A model generated the notes under the pieces. The model ran no database searches, had not been told where the DNA came from, and saw only the letters and a list, made by a program, of their open reading frames with translations. Below are positions 44,092-55,148 of a stretch of 64,000 nucleotides of DNA, piece after piece. The position numbers and the translations under genes are program-made. Each line of letters begins with the position of its first letter. Position 1 is the stretch's first letter. Origin of the DNA: Minisyncoccota bacterium (lineage in GTDB: Bacteria > Patescibacteriota > Minisyncoccia > Phycocordibacterales > UBA2100); the NCBI GenBank assembly GCA_018060545.1, contig JAGOVW010000001.1:61203-125202 (forward strand). Direction: 5' to 3'.

Positions 44092-46047
44092 ATGAATGTG
44101 TCAACTGCCTGCGAAAGTGCATGCTACACTCCTTTCGTGAAGTACCTTGAAGGCCTGAATAGCGAGCAAAAGAAGGCAGCCATGCACACCAATGGGCCGC
44201 TCCTTATACTCGCAGGAGCAGGTGCTGGCAAAACCAAAACCATCACACACCGCATTGCGCACCTCATTGCATCAGGTGTCCCTGGGGATGCCATTCTCGC
44301 CGTTACCTTCACCAACAAAGCAGCGGGGGAGATGAAAGAGCGCGTTGCCCATCTATTAAAAGAGCTTCCTCCAGCACAGGGATACCCCACCGTTGCCACT
44401 TTTCACGCGCTGTGCGTGCGAATTCTGCGCGAGCACGCAGCTCACTTGCAGTTGCCTCGCTCATTTACGATTTGGGACCGTGATGACCAAATGAAAGCGG
44501 TAAAGGAAGCTTTGAAAGCGCTCGACATAGGGGACCAATACGAGCCACGTACCATACTCAGTCGCATTTCGCGCTCAAAGGGTGACAGCTACACACAGGA
44601 AGAGTTTGCACGCACGGCAAATAACCCATTTACCGATATCGTAGCCAAAGTGTGGCTACGCTACGAAGAAGCACTGCGCCGTGACCATGCTGTTGACTTT
44701 GATGACCTTTTATTGAAAACCATGCTCTTGTTGCAGGGCAACACGCAGGTACGTGAACGCCTGCAAGCACGCTGGACACACATTATTATCGACGAGTACC
44801 AGGACACCAACAAAGTACAGTTCGAAATTGCTCGCCTATTGGTAGGTGAGCGACACAATATATGCGTCGTGGGTGATGTGGACCAAAATATCTACAGCTG
44901 GCGCGGGGCAGACATCCAGCACCTCCTCTCATTTGAAAAGGTGTTCCCTGGGGCCACGGTGATTATGCTTGAACAGAACTACCGCTCTACACAAACCATT
45001 CTTGCTGCCGCTAATGATGTGATTAAGAAGAACCGAAATCGTTATGAGAAAAATCTCTTTACAGAAAATGGGGAGGGGGAGAGTATCGCACTCTACAGCG
45101 GATGGAGTGAGCAAGAGGAAGCTCGCCACATAGCCCAGACGGCATCAGCACTGATCATAGACGGCACCCCCGCAAGCGAAATAGCAGTGCTCTATAGAGC
45201 AAACTTCCAGTCACGCGCATTAGAACAGGCATTTCTCGAGCAAGGTGTGCCTCACCGCGTCCTCGGCACGCGCTTTTTTGAACGAAAAGAAGTAAAGGAC
45301 CTTCTCAGCTATCTGCGTGCAGGTCTTAATCCAGAGAGTCGTGTTGATATCTCGAGAATCATCGCCTCACCGCCGCGCGGTATTGGCAAGGGAACACTTA
45401 CCTACATGCTTGAAGGCACACTCGATGAACTCCCTTCCGGAGCGCGCAAAAAAGTAGAAGCTTTTTACCAGCTGCTGCGCGACATCAATAAAACCGCACA
45501 AGAGCGGCCTGTATCGGAAGTAGTTAAATTTATTATTGAGAAGAGTGGACTCGGTGCTCACCACAGCAAGGGGACCGAGGAGGATTTGGAGCGGTTGGGC
45601 AACATGAAAGAGTTGGCATCACTCGCGACCAAGTACGACACACTAGCTGCACCACAAGGAGCAGAGCAACTTTTGGAGGACGCAGCACTCTTGGGCGAAC
45701 AGGACAATGTGAACAAGAATATCGACGCTGTCTCACTTATGACAGTTCACGCATCCAAAGGGCTCGAGTTTGATATGGTGTTCATTTCCGGACTCGAGGA
45801 GGGACTTTTCCCCATGGAGCGAAAAGGGGAATCTGACGATTCGGAAGAGGAGCGCCGTCTTTTCTATGTGGCCCTCACACGTGCTCGCAAAAAAGTACTT
45901 CTTTCTTATGCAGGCACACGCATGGTGTACGGTTCCCGTGACATCTCTACACCATCTCAATTTTTGGGAGACATCAGCCCAGAGCACATTGCGCATGTGG
46001 CACCGAGTCTTTTGGAGCGCTGGGGCGGAGAGGATGTTATCCGATAG
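44092..46047 (+). CDS. pcrA: UvrD/PcrA-family ATP-dependent DNA helicase
   Basis: Walker A (AGAGAGKTKT), DEYQDTN, and helicase motifs IV-VI (VHASKGLEFD, RRLFYVALTRAR). Confidence 0.85.
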   Translation: MNVSTACESACYTPFVKYLEGLNSEQKKAAMHTNGPLLILAGAGAGKTKTITHRIAHLIASGVPGDAILAVTFTNKAAGEMKERVAHLLKELPPAQGYPTVATFHALCVRILREHAAHLQLPRSFTIWDRDDQMKAVKEALKALDIGDQYEPRTILSRISRSKGDSYTQEEFARTANNPFTDIVAKVWLRYEEALRRDHAVDFDDLLLKTMLLLQGNTQVRERLQARWTHIIIDEYQDTNKVQFEIARLLVGERHNICVVGDVDQNIYSWRGADIQHLLSFEKVFPGATVIMLEQNYRSTQTILAAANDVIKKNRNRYEKNLFTENGEGESIALYSGWSEQEEARHIAQTASALIIDGTPASEIAVLYRANFQSRALEQAFLEQGVPHRVLGTRFFERKEVKDLLSYLRAGLNPESRVDISRIIASPPRGIGKGTLTYMLEGTLDELPSGARKKVEAFYQLLRDINKTAQERPVSEVVKFIIEKSGLGAHHSKGTEEDLERLGNMKELASLATKYDTLAAPQGAEQLLEDAALLGEQDNVNKNIDAVSLMTVHASKGLEFDMVFISGLEEGLFPMERKGESDDSEEERRLFYVALTRARKKVLLSYAGTRMVYGSRDISTPSQFLGDISPEHIAHVAPSLLERWGGEDVIR

Positions 46048-46077
46048 CGCTAGGCAGCGTGGCATCGGCGCGCTAGG

Positions 46078-46902
46078 ATGGCGTCCATGGGTACACGAAG
46101 TGGCGCCAAACGACCACGAGCTAACACACCGAAGAAAAAGCGCGGAGCCCGATTGGGTCAGCACTTTCTTACTGCTCCGTGGGCTGCTTCGGCACTCGTC
46201 GCTGCGGTTCGCATAGAAGCAGATGTCCCCGTCTTGGAAATAGGCCCGGGGACCGGCAACCTAACCAAGGAACTCCTGCGCACCGGCGCCCACGTCTTGG
46301 CCGTCGAGAAAGATCCACTCCTTATAGATACACTCCATGCACGTTTCTCGTCTGAGATTGCGAGTAAGCAGCTCACGATTCTCAATGAAGATATTCGAAA
46401 CTTCTCCCCGGAAAGTGCTGGCTTACGAGCAGGGGAGTACGTCCTTGCGGCAAACATCCCGTACTACATTACAGGGGACATCATACGCACCTTCCTTACC
46501 TCGAAAAACCACCCAGCCCGCATGGCGTTGTTGGTTCAAAAAGAAGTAGCGGTCCGTATTGCTCGAGACAAAAAAGAAAGCATCCTCTCACTGTCGGTAA
46601 AAGTGTATGGGACGCCGAAGTATGTAAAAACAGTTGGAAAAGGGTGCTTTTCACCTCCACCATCAGTAGATTCAGCAATTCTTCTGGTAGACGACATATC
46701 GCGCAGCCAATTTACACAGGTTTCAGAAGAAAGATTTTTTTCTGTTGTAAAAACAGCGTTTGCTTCGAAGCGAAAAATGCTTGGTGGGAATCTAAAAAAC
46801 ATCGTTCACCTCGACCGCTTCCATGCGTGCAACATATCGCCACAAGCGCGCGCGGAAAGCCTTCCGCTAGAAAAGTGGCTTTGCCTTTCTAAAGAAGCGT
46901 GA
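46078..46902 (+). CDS. rsmA: 16S rRNA (adenine1518/1519-N6)-dimethyltransferase
   Basis: LGQHFL; the SAM motif VLEIGPGTGNLT; NIPYYIT. Confidence 0.85.
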   Translation: MASMGTRSGAKRPRANTPKKKRGARLGQHFLTAPWAASALVAAVRIEADVPVLEIGPGTGNLTKELLRTGAHVLAVEKDPLLIDTLHARFSSEIASKQLTILNEDIRNFSPESAGLRAGEYVLAANIPYYITGDIIRTFLTSKNHPARMALLVQKEVAVRIARDKKESILSLSVKVYGTPKYVKTVGKGCFSPPPSVDSAILLVDDISRSQFTQVSEERFFSVVKTAFASKRKMLGGNLKNIVHLDRFHACNISPQARAESLPLEKWLCLSKEA

Positions 46903-46920
46903 GTCTGCGAGACAGACTGT

Positions 46921-47271
46921 CTACTGTGAAGAGCCCATCATCATAATGTGGGTTCCACTTTCTACCGTGAGTGGTTGGTAGGTGATGATGCAATACCACG
47001 GTGTTTGGGCGAGCCCGAGAAGCCATTGCCCAGAGTGACGAGGCGGACCGAACTGATATGTTCGTGTTGCCGGTGACCACAAATACTTACCTCCAATAGG
47101 GGGACCCAGATCTGCAAGTATCGCCTGGTTATAGCAAGGAATAACACGGCCAGCTTGGCCACCAAAAGGAAACGCGTGTGCAAAGAAAGGCAACGTGAGC
47201 GTTACACATACGAACATGAGAAGAAGCAGTGCGACACTTTTTTGCGAAAGGAGAGTGAGAGAAGCAAACAT
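46921..47271 (-). CDS. Small secreted hypothetical protein
   Basis: Signal-peptide-like N-terminus (LLLLMFVCVTLTLPFFAHA); low confidence. Confidence 0.3.
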   Translation of the reverse strand: MFASLTLLSQKSVALLLLMFVCVTLTLPFFAHAFPFGGQAGRVIPCYNQAILADLGPPIGGKYLWSPATRTYQFGPPRHSGQWLLGLAQTPWYCIITYQPLTVESGTHIMMMGSSQ

Positions 47272-47323
47272 ACACACAGTATACCTTGATTGTATCTAGC
47301 TCTCAGCGTGTGCATGCTACAGT

Positions 47324-48274
47324 GTGGATTATATGGAGTGGCTTCGCAGACATAGCACGCTCTTCTACGCGCTCGGTGTTGGTTTGATTATTCTCACGGG
47401 AGCTGTCTTTATTTCTGATAAATTTGCTACGCAGGCAGATCCTTCTGCGAATGTAAGCTGGGGCACGAATGAAGACCGATTTCTTCCAGATGCGGGCATT
47501 ATCTCACCGCGCACCGGTGGTGGCGTTGCACCAGCCTTCGATGAGGAAAATTTCTTTTCGCATCTGGCCAACACGAGAGACAAGGGCGCATCATACGTCT
47601 CTCTCCAAGACCTCGGCGACCCACTTAAAGACAAGGCACCAACCGTTTCTGGGGACGGTAGCATGGCATTTGCTGACGAATCGCTCATTGCGCTACTTGG
47701 CTCCATAGAATCAGGTGGTTTGATTCGAGTCACCGAGGAAGGTAGCAAGGAACTTGGACTCGCTGATATCTACTCGCTGATTCCATCAAATAACTCAACA
47801 CCCACAACAACGAAAGGACGACGCAGTGGGTTACAGCTCGACCTCTTTGATTATGGTAACGCAACAGGGGTCCATATTTTGGGACAAATGGAAACGTGGG
47901 GAACGCGCCAAAATAGCATTTTGAAACGATTTATTGAGGATCCTACCGATGGTTTTAAAATACGTGAAGTTGAGGATCTTGCCGATTCATTTGTACAGTT
48001 GGGCAAGGACATAGAAGAAACAGAGCCGGTCCCAGAACCTATAAAGAGCGCTCACGCAAAAGTTGCTGCTGGATACAAAGCTATAGGGGAACACACGCGA
48101 GCAGTATCTCAGGCTCGATCAGAGGCAGAACTCATTAACGCAATGCTCGCATCGAACGCTGCATCAGACCAGTTTGTAAAAGACTACACATCGCTCGCAG
48201 ACATCTTCACCGCCTACAATGTGTCATTTAGTTCGACCGACTCCGGTCGTGTATTTGTTTTCAAGGCATTCTAG
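47324..48274 (+). CDS. Membrane-anchored hypothetical protein (first gene of the T4SS-like block)
   Basis: N-terminal TM (LFYALGVGLIILTGAVFI); no recognizable domains. Confidence 0.45.
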   Translation: MDYMEWLRRHSTLFYALGVGLIILTGAVFISDKFATQADPSANVSWGTNEDRFLPDAGIISPRTGGGVAPAFDEENFFSHLANTRDKGASYVSLQDLGDPLKDKAPTVSGDGSMAFADESLIALLGSIESGGLIRVTEEGSKELGLADIYSLIPSNNSTPTTTKGRRSGLQLDLFDYGNATGVHILGQMETWGTRQNSILKRFIEDPTDGFKIREVEDLADSFVQLGKDIEETEPVPEPIKSAHAKVAAGYKAIGEHTRAVSQARSEAELINAMLASNAASDQFVKDYTSLADIFTAYNVSFSSTDSGRVFVFKAF

Positions 48275-48331
48275 GGGGCTATACCCACGGTCTATAACAG
48301 GTATTAGGGTACGCCTAGGTATACTCTACGT

Positions 48332-49183
48332 ATGGTAGACACTCGTGGTATGTACACCCTGGCTGGCCTTTCTGTGGCTGGATTGCTGATTGCGGGAGGA
48401 ATCAGGTTAGGAATCCTGCATCAACCTTCAATCGTGTACCAAGTACCTAAAAACGCACTGCCGACACCAAGCCCCTTTCTTAAAGAAACCGACTCCGACG
48501 GAGACAGCCTTCCCGATTGGCAAGAAGAACTCGCAGGAACAGACCCTTTAAATAAAGACTCTGACGGTGACGGGACCAACGATGCACTTCCGGCAGAAGT
48601 AACAGAGGGACTTGAGGAAACAGCAACCGAGGCTATCACCGAGCGACTCATTAGTCGGTATGTCGCGCTCAAACAGCAGGATGCGTATAGCGAGGAAAAA
48701 GGCGTTGCATTGGCTGAAGATTTAACGAACAGCCTCAACATAGATATTCCTTTTGTGCCATACACCAGAGGGGAGCTCACCGTCACAGCGGCAACACCAT
48801 CAGAGAGAAAACAACACGAAGCTCAGGTGCGAGCCATGCTCGCACCCTTAAAAGCATTTGCGGAGCCCGACATAGCTATTTATGCTCGCTACGTACAGAA
48901 CAAAGACATTGCCGCGCTTGCAGAAGTGCGTGAGCATGGACTTGCATACATCAAAGCAGGGGAGGGCATGATGCACATCAACCCACCATCCGACATTGTC
49001 GACGACCACCTTGAAGCGGCGAATGCGTTGGTATACTTTGGCGCAACACTTCAAAAAATGGCAGAGCGTGCCGAAGATCCGATAGCCGCACTCTCGCTGT
49101 TGCGTACCTATAACCAGGCTGAGCAGTACCTAGGGTTTACGATAGGGGTCCTCGACCGCTACTATAAGGAGGCATCGCTATGA
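48332..49183 (+). CDS. Membrane-anchored hypothetical protein with thrombospondin-type-3-like Ca-binding repeats
   Basis: N-terminal TM; [32 protein letters not shown] (DxDxDG repeats). Confidence 0.45.
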   Translation: MVDTRGMYTLAGLSVAGLLIAGGIRLGILHQPSIVYQVPKNALPTPSPFLKETDSDGDSLPDWQEELAGTDPLNKDSDGDGTNDALPAEVTEGLEETATEAITERLISRYVALKQQDAYSEEKGVALAEDLTNSLNIDIPFVPYTRGELTVTAATPSERKQHEAQVRAMLAPLKAFAEPDIAIYARYVQNKDIAALAEVREHGLAYIKAGEGMMHINPPSDIVDDHLEAANALVYFGATLQKMAERAEDPIAALSLLRTYNQAEQYLGFTIGVLDRYYKEASL

Positions 49184-51183
49184 AGATTCCTCACTTTTTT
49201 TTAGTGCACGTCGTGACCCTTACACTTACGTTGCCTTTTTTTACCTTCGCACAAAGCAGTGGTACCGGATTGTTGCGCGACGGTGTCTTTGGATGTGCAG
49301 CAGGTACGTATGGCATGCAAGTAGGAACACTCACCGCGATTGGGGGAGTGTACGTGCCGGTCAACGACGCAGCAGTAACCCAGAACACCGGGTACCTGGT
49401 GTACAAAGAGTGTGTACTTGATGGCGTCACTAAACGCATGGGTGAAGCAGCGAGCGCTTCTATTGTGAGCAGTGTGCTGCGCTGGCAAAACACCGCACGT
49501 GGTGGGAACCCACAGTTCGTCACGAACCAAGATGCGGAACGATTGCAGGTTGCAGACAAGGCTCGCGCCGAATACCTCAAGAAATACAACCTACAAAATC
49601 TATGCACACCCTTCCAGGCAACCGTGCGAAAGAATGCGGCCGTGGCGTACATGAAAACCACGCGAGATCCCAACAGTGTCTACTCATGCACACTAAGCAC
49701 GGCTGACACGGGGAAAATACAAAACTTCCTCGCAGGCAACTTCTCAGCGGGTGGTTTTGCTATGTTTATGGAAACAGCGCTCAACCCACAAAACCAGCTC
49801 TACTTTGCCTATGAGATGTACGAAGAAACCTCTCGTCTCGCGGAACAGAGAGCGTTAGGAAACCTCACCGAAGAGCTTGATTGGGGCCGCGGTAATCTTT
49901 CGGTAAAGAGGGAAGTTCGCACTCCAACCGGGACGGGTGAAGATCGCATTACACAGGAGATCATTACGCCGGGCTATCTCATTGCAGAGCTGGTAACTCA
50001 GGCAGCTGGTTCTGGTTTTAGACAACTCGAAACAGCAAATGAGATTGACCAAATTGTGAGCGCGCTATTCTCAGGTATCACCAACCAGATTCTTACGAAC
50101 GCTGGCGGTCTTCAAGGCATCAGTGCTAGCCAGCTTGGTGCTGCACCGTACCTTGATCGCCTTACCGCGGAGAGTAATGCAGGGGTTCGCAATGCTGCCT
50201 CTGGTGCAGGATTGGCCGTGTTGAGCTCATCACTTGCAGTAGAAGAAGCATTTAACAAAACAAAGAAGGATAGCAAATCTCTTTTGGAAACTGCCGCATC
50301 ACAGCTTCGCCGAGCAGAGGAGCGTTGTTGGGATATTCTAATTCCGAAAGTACGTGAGTACGCACAGACAGTCGCGTGCACCACGTCAGGCGATCCCCCT
50401 GTGCAGTCTTGCTCCACGCCGGCCCAGCTGCGGATCTCAACCTCCACACAGATGATTAACCGGGGTACCCTTGCAGTGTCTATTTCATCTGGATCAACGG
50501 TTGCCAATGGTGCACTCTACACCCTCGAAGCGCCGCCCACAGCAATCGTTCGCAGTGGATCAGCACAACTGCGCGCCGCGGAAACACAGAACTTTTCTTC
50601 AACCACAGCGCTCGGTATCCCTATTGAATCTGGGCCTGCACCATCCCCAGGTGGGGCACTGAGCCTCGTTATATCAAGCACATCGCCATTCTCGGGTGGT
50701 GCACTATCGCTTGCACTACAAAGTGCCCAAGTACTCCCTGTTGGCGAAGTGCGCTTCCCACTAACTCCCATTTCTCCCTTTAATCAAGCAGTCGTTTCGC
50801 TCATTGTGGGCGTTGTACAGCAATTCTCTGAAGTCATCATCGAAGGAAAGATCACCCCGCTTCTAGACGGTGTTCTTAATGATATCGAAACATCCAATGA
50901 AGCACTTACCCAACTGGCAACCCTTGCAGCTGATTTGCAAAATTCAACCTCAGTAACAGCACAGCGTATCGCACTTGAGCGTTTGGACGCACTCGTTGCA
51001 CAACGCCTCCTACACACGGCATACGACGTAAAAGATGCTTCTGCTCAGAAAGACGCCTTGCAAGGAAGCATGACCCTCTTGGTGGAGGATACAGTCAAAG
51101 AGTGGAGTACGGGGAGTGGTTGGTGCAACGCAGAGAACCCCGACGTAGTGCGTCAATGGTATGAGCGGTGGAGAGTGCAGTAG
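49180..51183 (+). CDS. Large secreted hypothetical protein (667 aa) of the T4SS-like cluster
   Basis: Signal peptide ([16 protein letters not shown]); no TM; no recognized domain. Confidence 0.5.
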   Translation: MKIPHFFLVHVVTLTLTLPFFTFAQSSGTGLLRDGVFGCAAGTYGMQVGTLTAIGGVYVPVNDAAVTQNTGYLVYKECVLDGVTKRMGEAASASIVSSVLRWQNTARGGNPQFVTNQDAERLQVADKARAEYLKKYNLQNLCTPFQATVRKNAAVAYMKTTRDPNSVYSCTLSTADTGKIQNFLAGNFSAGGFAMFMETALNPQNQLYFAYEMYEETSRLAEQRALGNLTEELDWGRGNLSVKREVRTPTGTGEDRITQEIITPGYLIAELVTQAAGSGFRQLETANEIDQIVSALFSGITNQILTNAGGLQGISASQLGAAPYLDRLTAESNAGVRNAASGAGLAVLSSSLAVEEAFNKTKKDSKSLLETAASQLRRAEERCWDILIPKVREYAQTVACTTSGDPPVQSCSTPAQLRISTSTQMINRGTLAVSISSGSTVANGALYTLEAPPTAIVRSGSAQLRAAETQNFSSTTALGIPIESGPAPSPGGALSLVISSTSPFSGGALSLALQSAQVLPVGEVRFPLTPISPFNQAVVSLIVGVVQQFSEVIIEGKITPLLDGVLNDIETSNEALTQLATLAADLQNSTSVTAQRIALERLDALVAQRLLHTAYDVKDASAQKDALQGSMTLLVEDTVKEWSTGSGWCNAENPDVVRQWYERWRVQ

Positions 51184-51213
51184 CGCAGCGGTACACCTTG
51201 ATATACTGCATGT

Positions 51214-53367
51214 ATGAAAGGCCGCCTTGCCGGGACGCTTTTATGCATGGCACTCATGGGCGTCTTTTTCTCAGTGCCTGCAGATTTTGCATTTGCGCAA
51301 ACGCCACCCCCGGCAACAACCAACACCTCCGCAACACCTCAAGTAGAAACATGTGCTGCCGTTTTGGGTGGGTGGGTGCCTGGGTGGATGACCAGCTTTT
51401 CTTGTGTCATGCGCGCCATGGTGAGCAGTCTGGGCGGCATGATAATCGCACTTGCTGGGTGGACACTTGGGGTAGCCGGTCTCCTGTTTAACTACCTGAT
51501 AGACACTACGATAGTGGGTTTTGGAACACTCTATAACAACTCCCTCATCACCGGCGTTGAAACAGGGTGGGCAGCGTTCCGTGATGTGGCGAATATTGCC
51601 ATCATAGGGGCGTTCGTATTTGTGGCGATATCCACCATATTGGGAAGTAATTCTTATGGTGTGCGGCAATTCCTTGCACGAATTTTAATTGCGGCAATTC
51701 TGATCAATTTCAGTATCTTTTTCGCAAAATTCTCAATAGACGTGTCACACATAGTTGCAGCTCAGTTCGACAAGGCAATCGACATGGGCCGCCCTACAGC
51801 CACCATAAGCACCACCGAGATCAACTCGCCACCTGGCATTGCTGGTTCATTCTTCAGCGCCATGAAGATAACCTCTGCATGGAAATCTGACGAGATAGTA
51901 GCGAAGGTGGCGCAAAATAATGGCCTTGCCTCGGCATTTATATACATTTTGTTTGTAGCAACAATATTTTTTGCCGCCGCTCTGATATTGCTGTATGGAG
52001 CTTTTCTGTTAGTCGTGCGTATCGTTATGCTCATATTCCTTCTTTTGGTATCTGCACTTGCCTTTGGCTCGATGGCCATACCGGGGTTTACTGAATGGTG
52101 GGAAAAGTGGCTGCAAGAGTTTTTGAAAAACGTGCTATTTGGACCACTGCTTATTATGTTTTTGTGGGCAACGCTGACTATCGCAAACACCCTCAGTAAC
52201 ACCAGCGGCTCACTTACTGACCTGGTGAGCAAGCCAGGCTCACCGATTGGTATTGCTCTTCTCCTCAATTACTTAATCGTTCTTGGTCTGTTGTACGGAT
52301 CTATTAAAATTGCCCAGAGCTTGTCGGTTACTGGCGCCAACAAATTGCCAAGTTGGCAGAAGTCCCTGCGAATGGGTACTCTCACCCCCGCGAAACTCGC
52401 TGCAAGCACACTGGGGTTTGCTGCACGCCAAAGTATTGGCCGCGGCGCAGACAAACTCAAAGGAAGATACGGAGAATCACTTACCGAAGCATCGAAGAAA
52501 AGTGGCGCTGCTGGAATCGAACGCTTTGGTGCTCGTATGGCGCTCAAAAGCCTGGATGGTGCCCGCACCGCTTCATTCAATGCCAATCGTATGCCTGGCG
52601 TCATGAAGGATCTCGGATCGAACATTGCGAAACAGTTTAAGGGTGACGGTAAAGGTGGTTTTGCTGCAGGCCAAGAGTACAACGACAAGATGAAGAAGGA
52701 GCGCGAACAGAAAGCTATTGCAGAAGCCGCAAAATCAGCCGCACCAACAACCAAGGAAAAGAAGGACAATTTCCAGCGCGAAGCGTATGCCTCCGAAGAG
52801 CGTAAGAAGTACGACGAGGAGAAACGCCGTGCTGATGGTCTTGAGAAGAGCAAGGACCGAGACCAATGGGTTGCAGAGGTTAAGAGATTCAAGGAGAGTC
52901 AGGCCCGCGGCGAGACACTGTCGAAAGATGAGCAGGAAAGTTTCGACAAGGTATCTGCAAGACTCAATACTCGAGATGAAGTTATCAAATCAGCTAAGGC
53001 TGCAGCACAAGCTGCGCGCAAGAACTACGAGGACAAGAAGGAAGCATTCAAGCCTGGCGATTCTTCACACACTGAGGCTGTCAGCAAAGTACTGAAAGAT
53101 GCAGAAAAAGCCGCAGACGCATTCAAAGCGGCAGGGGAAGCAGCTAAGAAGACTTCTGATACACGGCTGGCCGAAAAACTTACCAAAATCGCCCAGAGCA
53201 AACCTTCATTTGTTGAACGCCTACGCGGTATTGAACCTAAGCAAGACGAATACAGGAAGCAGGAACTACTGAGTCAGTACAAGCTCGGCGAAAAGAAAAA
53301 GGAGAAAGCCGCAGAATTCGAGAGCTTAGGAGCGAAGCTTGATAAACTAGGGGACGCGAAGAAGTAA
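51214..53367 (+). CDS. VirB6/TrbL-like polytopic inner-membrane protein with a long charged, coiled-coil C-terminal tail
   Basis: Signal peptide, then ≥6 hydrophobic helices, then a K/E/A-rich tail. The architecture is typical of VirB6-like T4SS channel proteins in Gram-positive/CPR systems. Confidence 0.5.
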   Translation: MKGRLAGTLLCMALMGVFFSVPADFAFAQTPPPATTNTSATPQVETCAAVLGGWVPGWMTSFSCVMRAMVSSLGGMIIALAGWTLGVAGLLFNYLIDTTIVGFGTLYNNSLITGVETGWAAFRDVANIAIIGAFVFVAISTILGSNSYGVRQFLARILIAAILINFSIFFAKFSIDVSHIVAAQFDKAIDMGRPTATISTTEINSPPGIAGSFFSAMKITSAWKSDEIVAKVAQNNGLASAFIYILFVATIFFAAALILLYGAFLLVVRIVMLIFLLLVSALAFGSMAIPGFTEWWEKWLQEFLKNVLFGPLLIMFLWATLTIANTLSNTSGSLTDLVSKPGSPIGIALLLNYLIVLGLLYGSIKIAQSLSVTGANKLPSWQKSLRMGTLTPAKLAASTLGFAARQSIGRGADKLKGRYGESLTEASKKSGAAGIERFGARMALKSLDGARTASFNANRMPGVMKDLGSNIAKQFKGDGKGGFAAGQEYNDKMKKEREQKAIAEAAKSAAPTTKEKKDNFQREAYASEERKKYDEEKRRADGLEKSKDRDQWVAEVKRFKESQARGETLSKDEQESFDKVSARLNTRDEVIKSAKAAAQAARKNYEDKKEAFKPGDSSHTEAVSKVLKDAEKAADAFKAAGEAAKKTSDTRLAEKLTKIAQSKPSFVERLRGIEPKQDEYRKQELLSQYKLGEKKKEKAAEFESLGAKLDKLGDAKK

Positions 53368-53369
53368 GT

Positions 53370-53912
53370 ATGACTGCTATCGACCCAACTAAAGAACTTG
53401 CGGGGCAATTTGAAAAGTTGCCGCCTGTCGTGCAACACGCAATCACCGGTGCACACACCGAGGAGCATCTTCGAAAACTCTCTGAGAAACATCAACTCCA
53501 TCTAGATCAATGGCAAGTACTGGAAAACGAAGTAATGCTGACCCTCTTTGGTCTGCAACCGATTAGCGAGCTATCTGCACATATTGAAAAAGAGGTTGGA
53601 GTAACACACGCTGTCGCGCAGGAACTCACACTGGCCATTTCAGAAGAAATATTCGAGCCCATCCGCCAAGAGCTCGAGCGCGAACTAGAGCACCCAGAAG
53701 CTCAGGAGAAAGAGGTGAGCGCGGTGGATGCTATGGCAACAAATGCACTGGCTGGAGCAAACCCAGATGCGCCCGTCGCCGACCCACTTGCACCAGAGAC
53801 AGTCGTCGTGCAAAAAGTAGAGCGCCCTACACCGTCACAAACCTATCGCCCAGGGCAGCTCTCACACGAAAGAAAAGACGTACACAGCGATCCGTACCGC
53901 GAAACGCCGTAA
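53370..53912 (+). CDS. Hypothetical acidic soluble protein in the T4SS-like cluster
   Basis: Starts 3 nt after the upstream stop; no TM. Confidence 0.4.
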   Translation: MTAIDPTKELAGQFEKLPPVVQHAITGAHTEEHLRKLSEKHQLHLDQWQVLENEVMLTLFGLQPISELSAHIEKEVGVTHAVAQELTLAISEEIFEPIRQELERELEHPEAQEKEVSAVDAMATNALAGANPDAPVADPLAPETVVVQKVERPTPSQTYRPGQLSHERKDVHSDPYRETP

Positions 53913-53968
53913 ACAAGTAACTGGGTATACACCTACGCGCAGTGATGCGCGGCCAGTATACTATCCAC

Positions 53969-54478
53969 ATGCAGTTTCAGGTTCCTCAATTCATCGAGGT
54001 GGAAGATAAAATTTTTGGACCACTCACGTTCAAACAATTTCTCTATTTTCTCGGTGGTGCCGGTCTCTCTTTCATGCTCTGGAGATTTCTCCCTCTCTAT
54101 CTTTCACTCCCTCTCATAGGAGGAGCGATGGGCATATCCACCGCTCTCGCGATGGGGCAGTGGAACGGACGCCCGTTTATTACCGGCTTGGAATTCGGAT
54201 TTTACTACCTCCTGAGCACAAAATTGTACCTGTGGAGCCATGAGCGCAAGATGAAAAAGAAAAAAACCGAGGTCGAAAAGCAGCTCACTCATCCAGAAGT
54301 GTACGTCCCCAAACTTTCAGAGAGCCGTCTACACCAACTCTCGTGGTCACTGGATATTCAGGAAAAAATTGATCAATCAATGCGCGATCTCCCAGACACT
54401 GCTCGCGCTAAGATTGTTTCACCTCAAGAGAGTGCCGTGAGCGCACTCAAAACAGCGCGTGACGCTCTGGTAAGATAA
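53969..54478 (+). CDS. VirB3-like/PrgI-family small membrane protein
   Basis: MQFQVPQFIEVEDKIFGPLTFKQFLYFLGGAGLSF is the characteristic PrgI/VirB3 N-terminus; two TM helices. Start set at the internal Met. Confidence 0.5.
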   Translation: MQFQVPQFIEVEDKIFGPLTFKQFLYFLGGAGLSFMLWRFLPLYLSLPLIGGAMGISTALAMGQWNGRPFITGLEFGFYYLLSTKLYLWSHERKMKKKKTEVEKQLTHPEVYVPKLSESRLHQLSWSLDIQEKIDQSMRDLPDTARAKIVSPQESAVSALKTARDALVR

Positions 54479-54485
54479 CAGCACC

Positions 54486-55139
54486 ATGCCTACTGCAAAT
54501 AAAAAAGCATCACAGGACTTTGTGCCCGTCTCTGAAGTGCGTGACGGGGTGGTCATCCTTAAAGATGGAGGCATGCGCGCGATTCTCATGGCGTCTTCTA
54601 TTAACTTCGCTCTTAAATCCGACGATGAGCAGACAGCGTTCATCCTTCAGTTTCAAAACTTCCTAAACTCCCTAGACTTTTCCTGCCAGATCTTTGTGCA
54701 ATCACGCCAGCTTGATATTCGGCCGTACATAGCCACCCTCGAAGTCGCCTACAAAGGACAGCTCGACGATTTGATGCGTGTGCAAATCCGCGAATACATT
54801 GAGTTCGTGAAGAGCTTCACCGAAGCGGCGAACATCATGACCAAGAACTTTTTCTTGGTTGTACCGTACACGCCCCCCATGCTTTCAGTAGGGAGCAAGG
54901 GAGGAATGCCTTGGAATAGAAAGAAAAAAGACCAGGCCGAGGCTAATAAGTCATTTGAGGAGCAACTCTCTCAGTTGGAACAGCGCATAGCAATTGTGCA
55001 GCAGGGACTCGTTCGCTCTGGCGTGCGCACCGCACAGCTTGGCACTGAAGAAGTCATTGAGCTTCTGTACAAGCTCTTCAACCCAGGAGAGCGAAGTAAA
55101 CCCATCTCTGTTTCCGACGAAACCGCTGCGGGGAGGTAG
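54486..55139 (+). CDS. VirB4/TrbE-family ATPase, N-terminal domain fragment (separate ORF)
   Basis: DFVPVSEVRDGVVILKDGGMRAILMASSINFALKSDDEQ; the VirB4 N-domain pattern. Stop at 55137-55139, 9 nt before the next ATG. Confidence 0.6.
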   Translation: MPTANKKASQDFVPVSEVRDGVVILKDGGMRAILMASSINFALKSDDEQTAFILQFQNFLNSLDFSCQIFVQSRQLDIRPYIATLEVAYKGQLDDLMRVQIREYIEFVKSFTEAANIMTKNFFLVVPYTPPMLSVGSKGGMPWNRKKKDQAEANKSFEEQLSQLEQRIAIVQQGLVRSGVRTAQLGTEEVIELLYKLFNPGERSKPISVSDETAAGR

Positions 55140-55148
55140 AATAGTAGT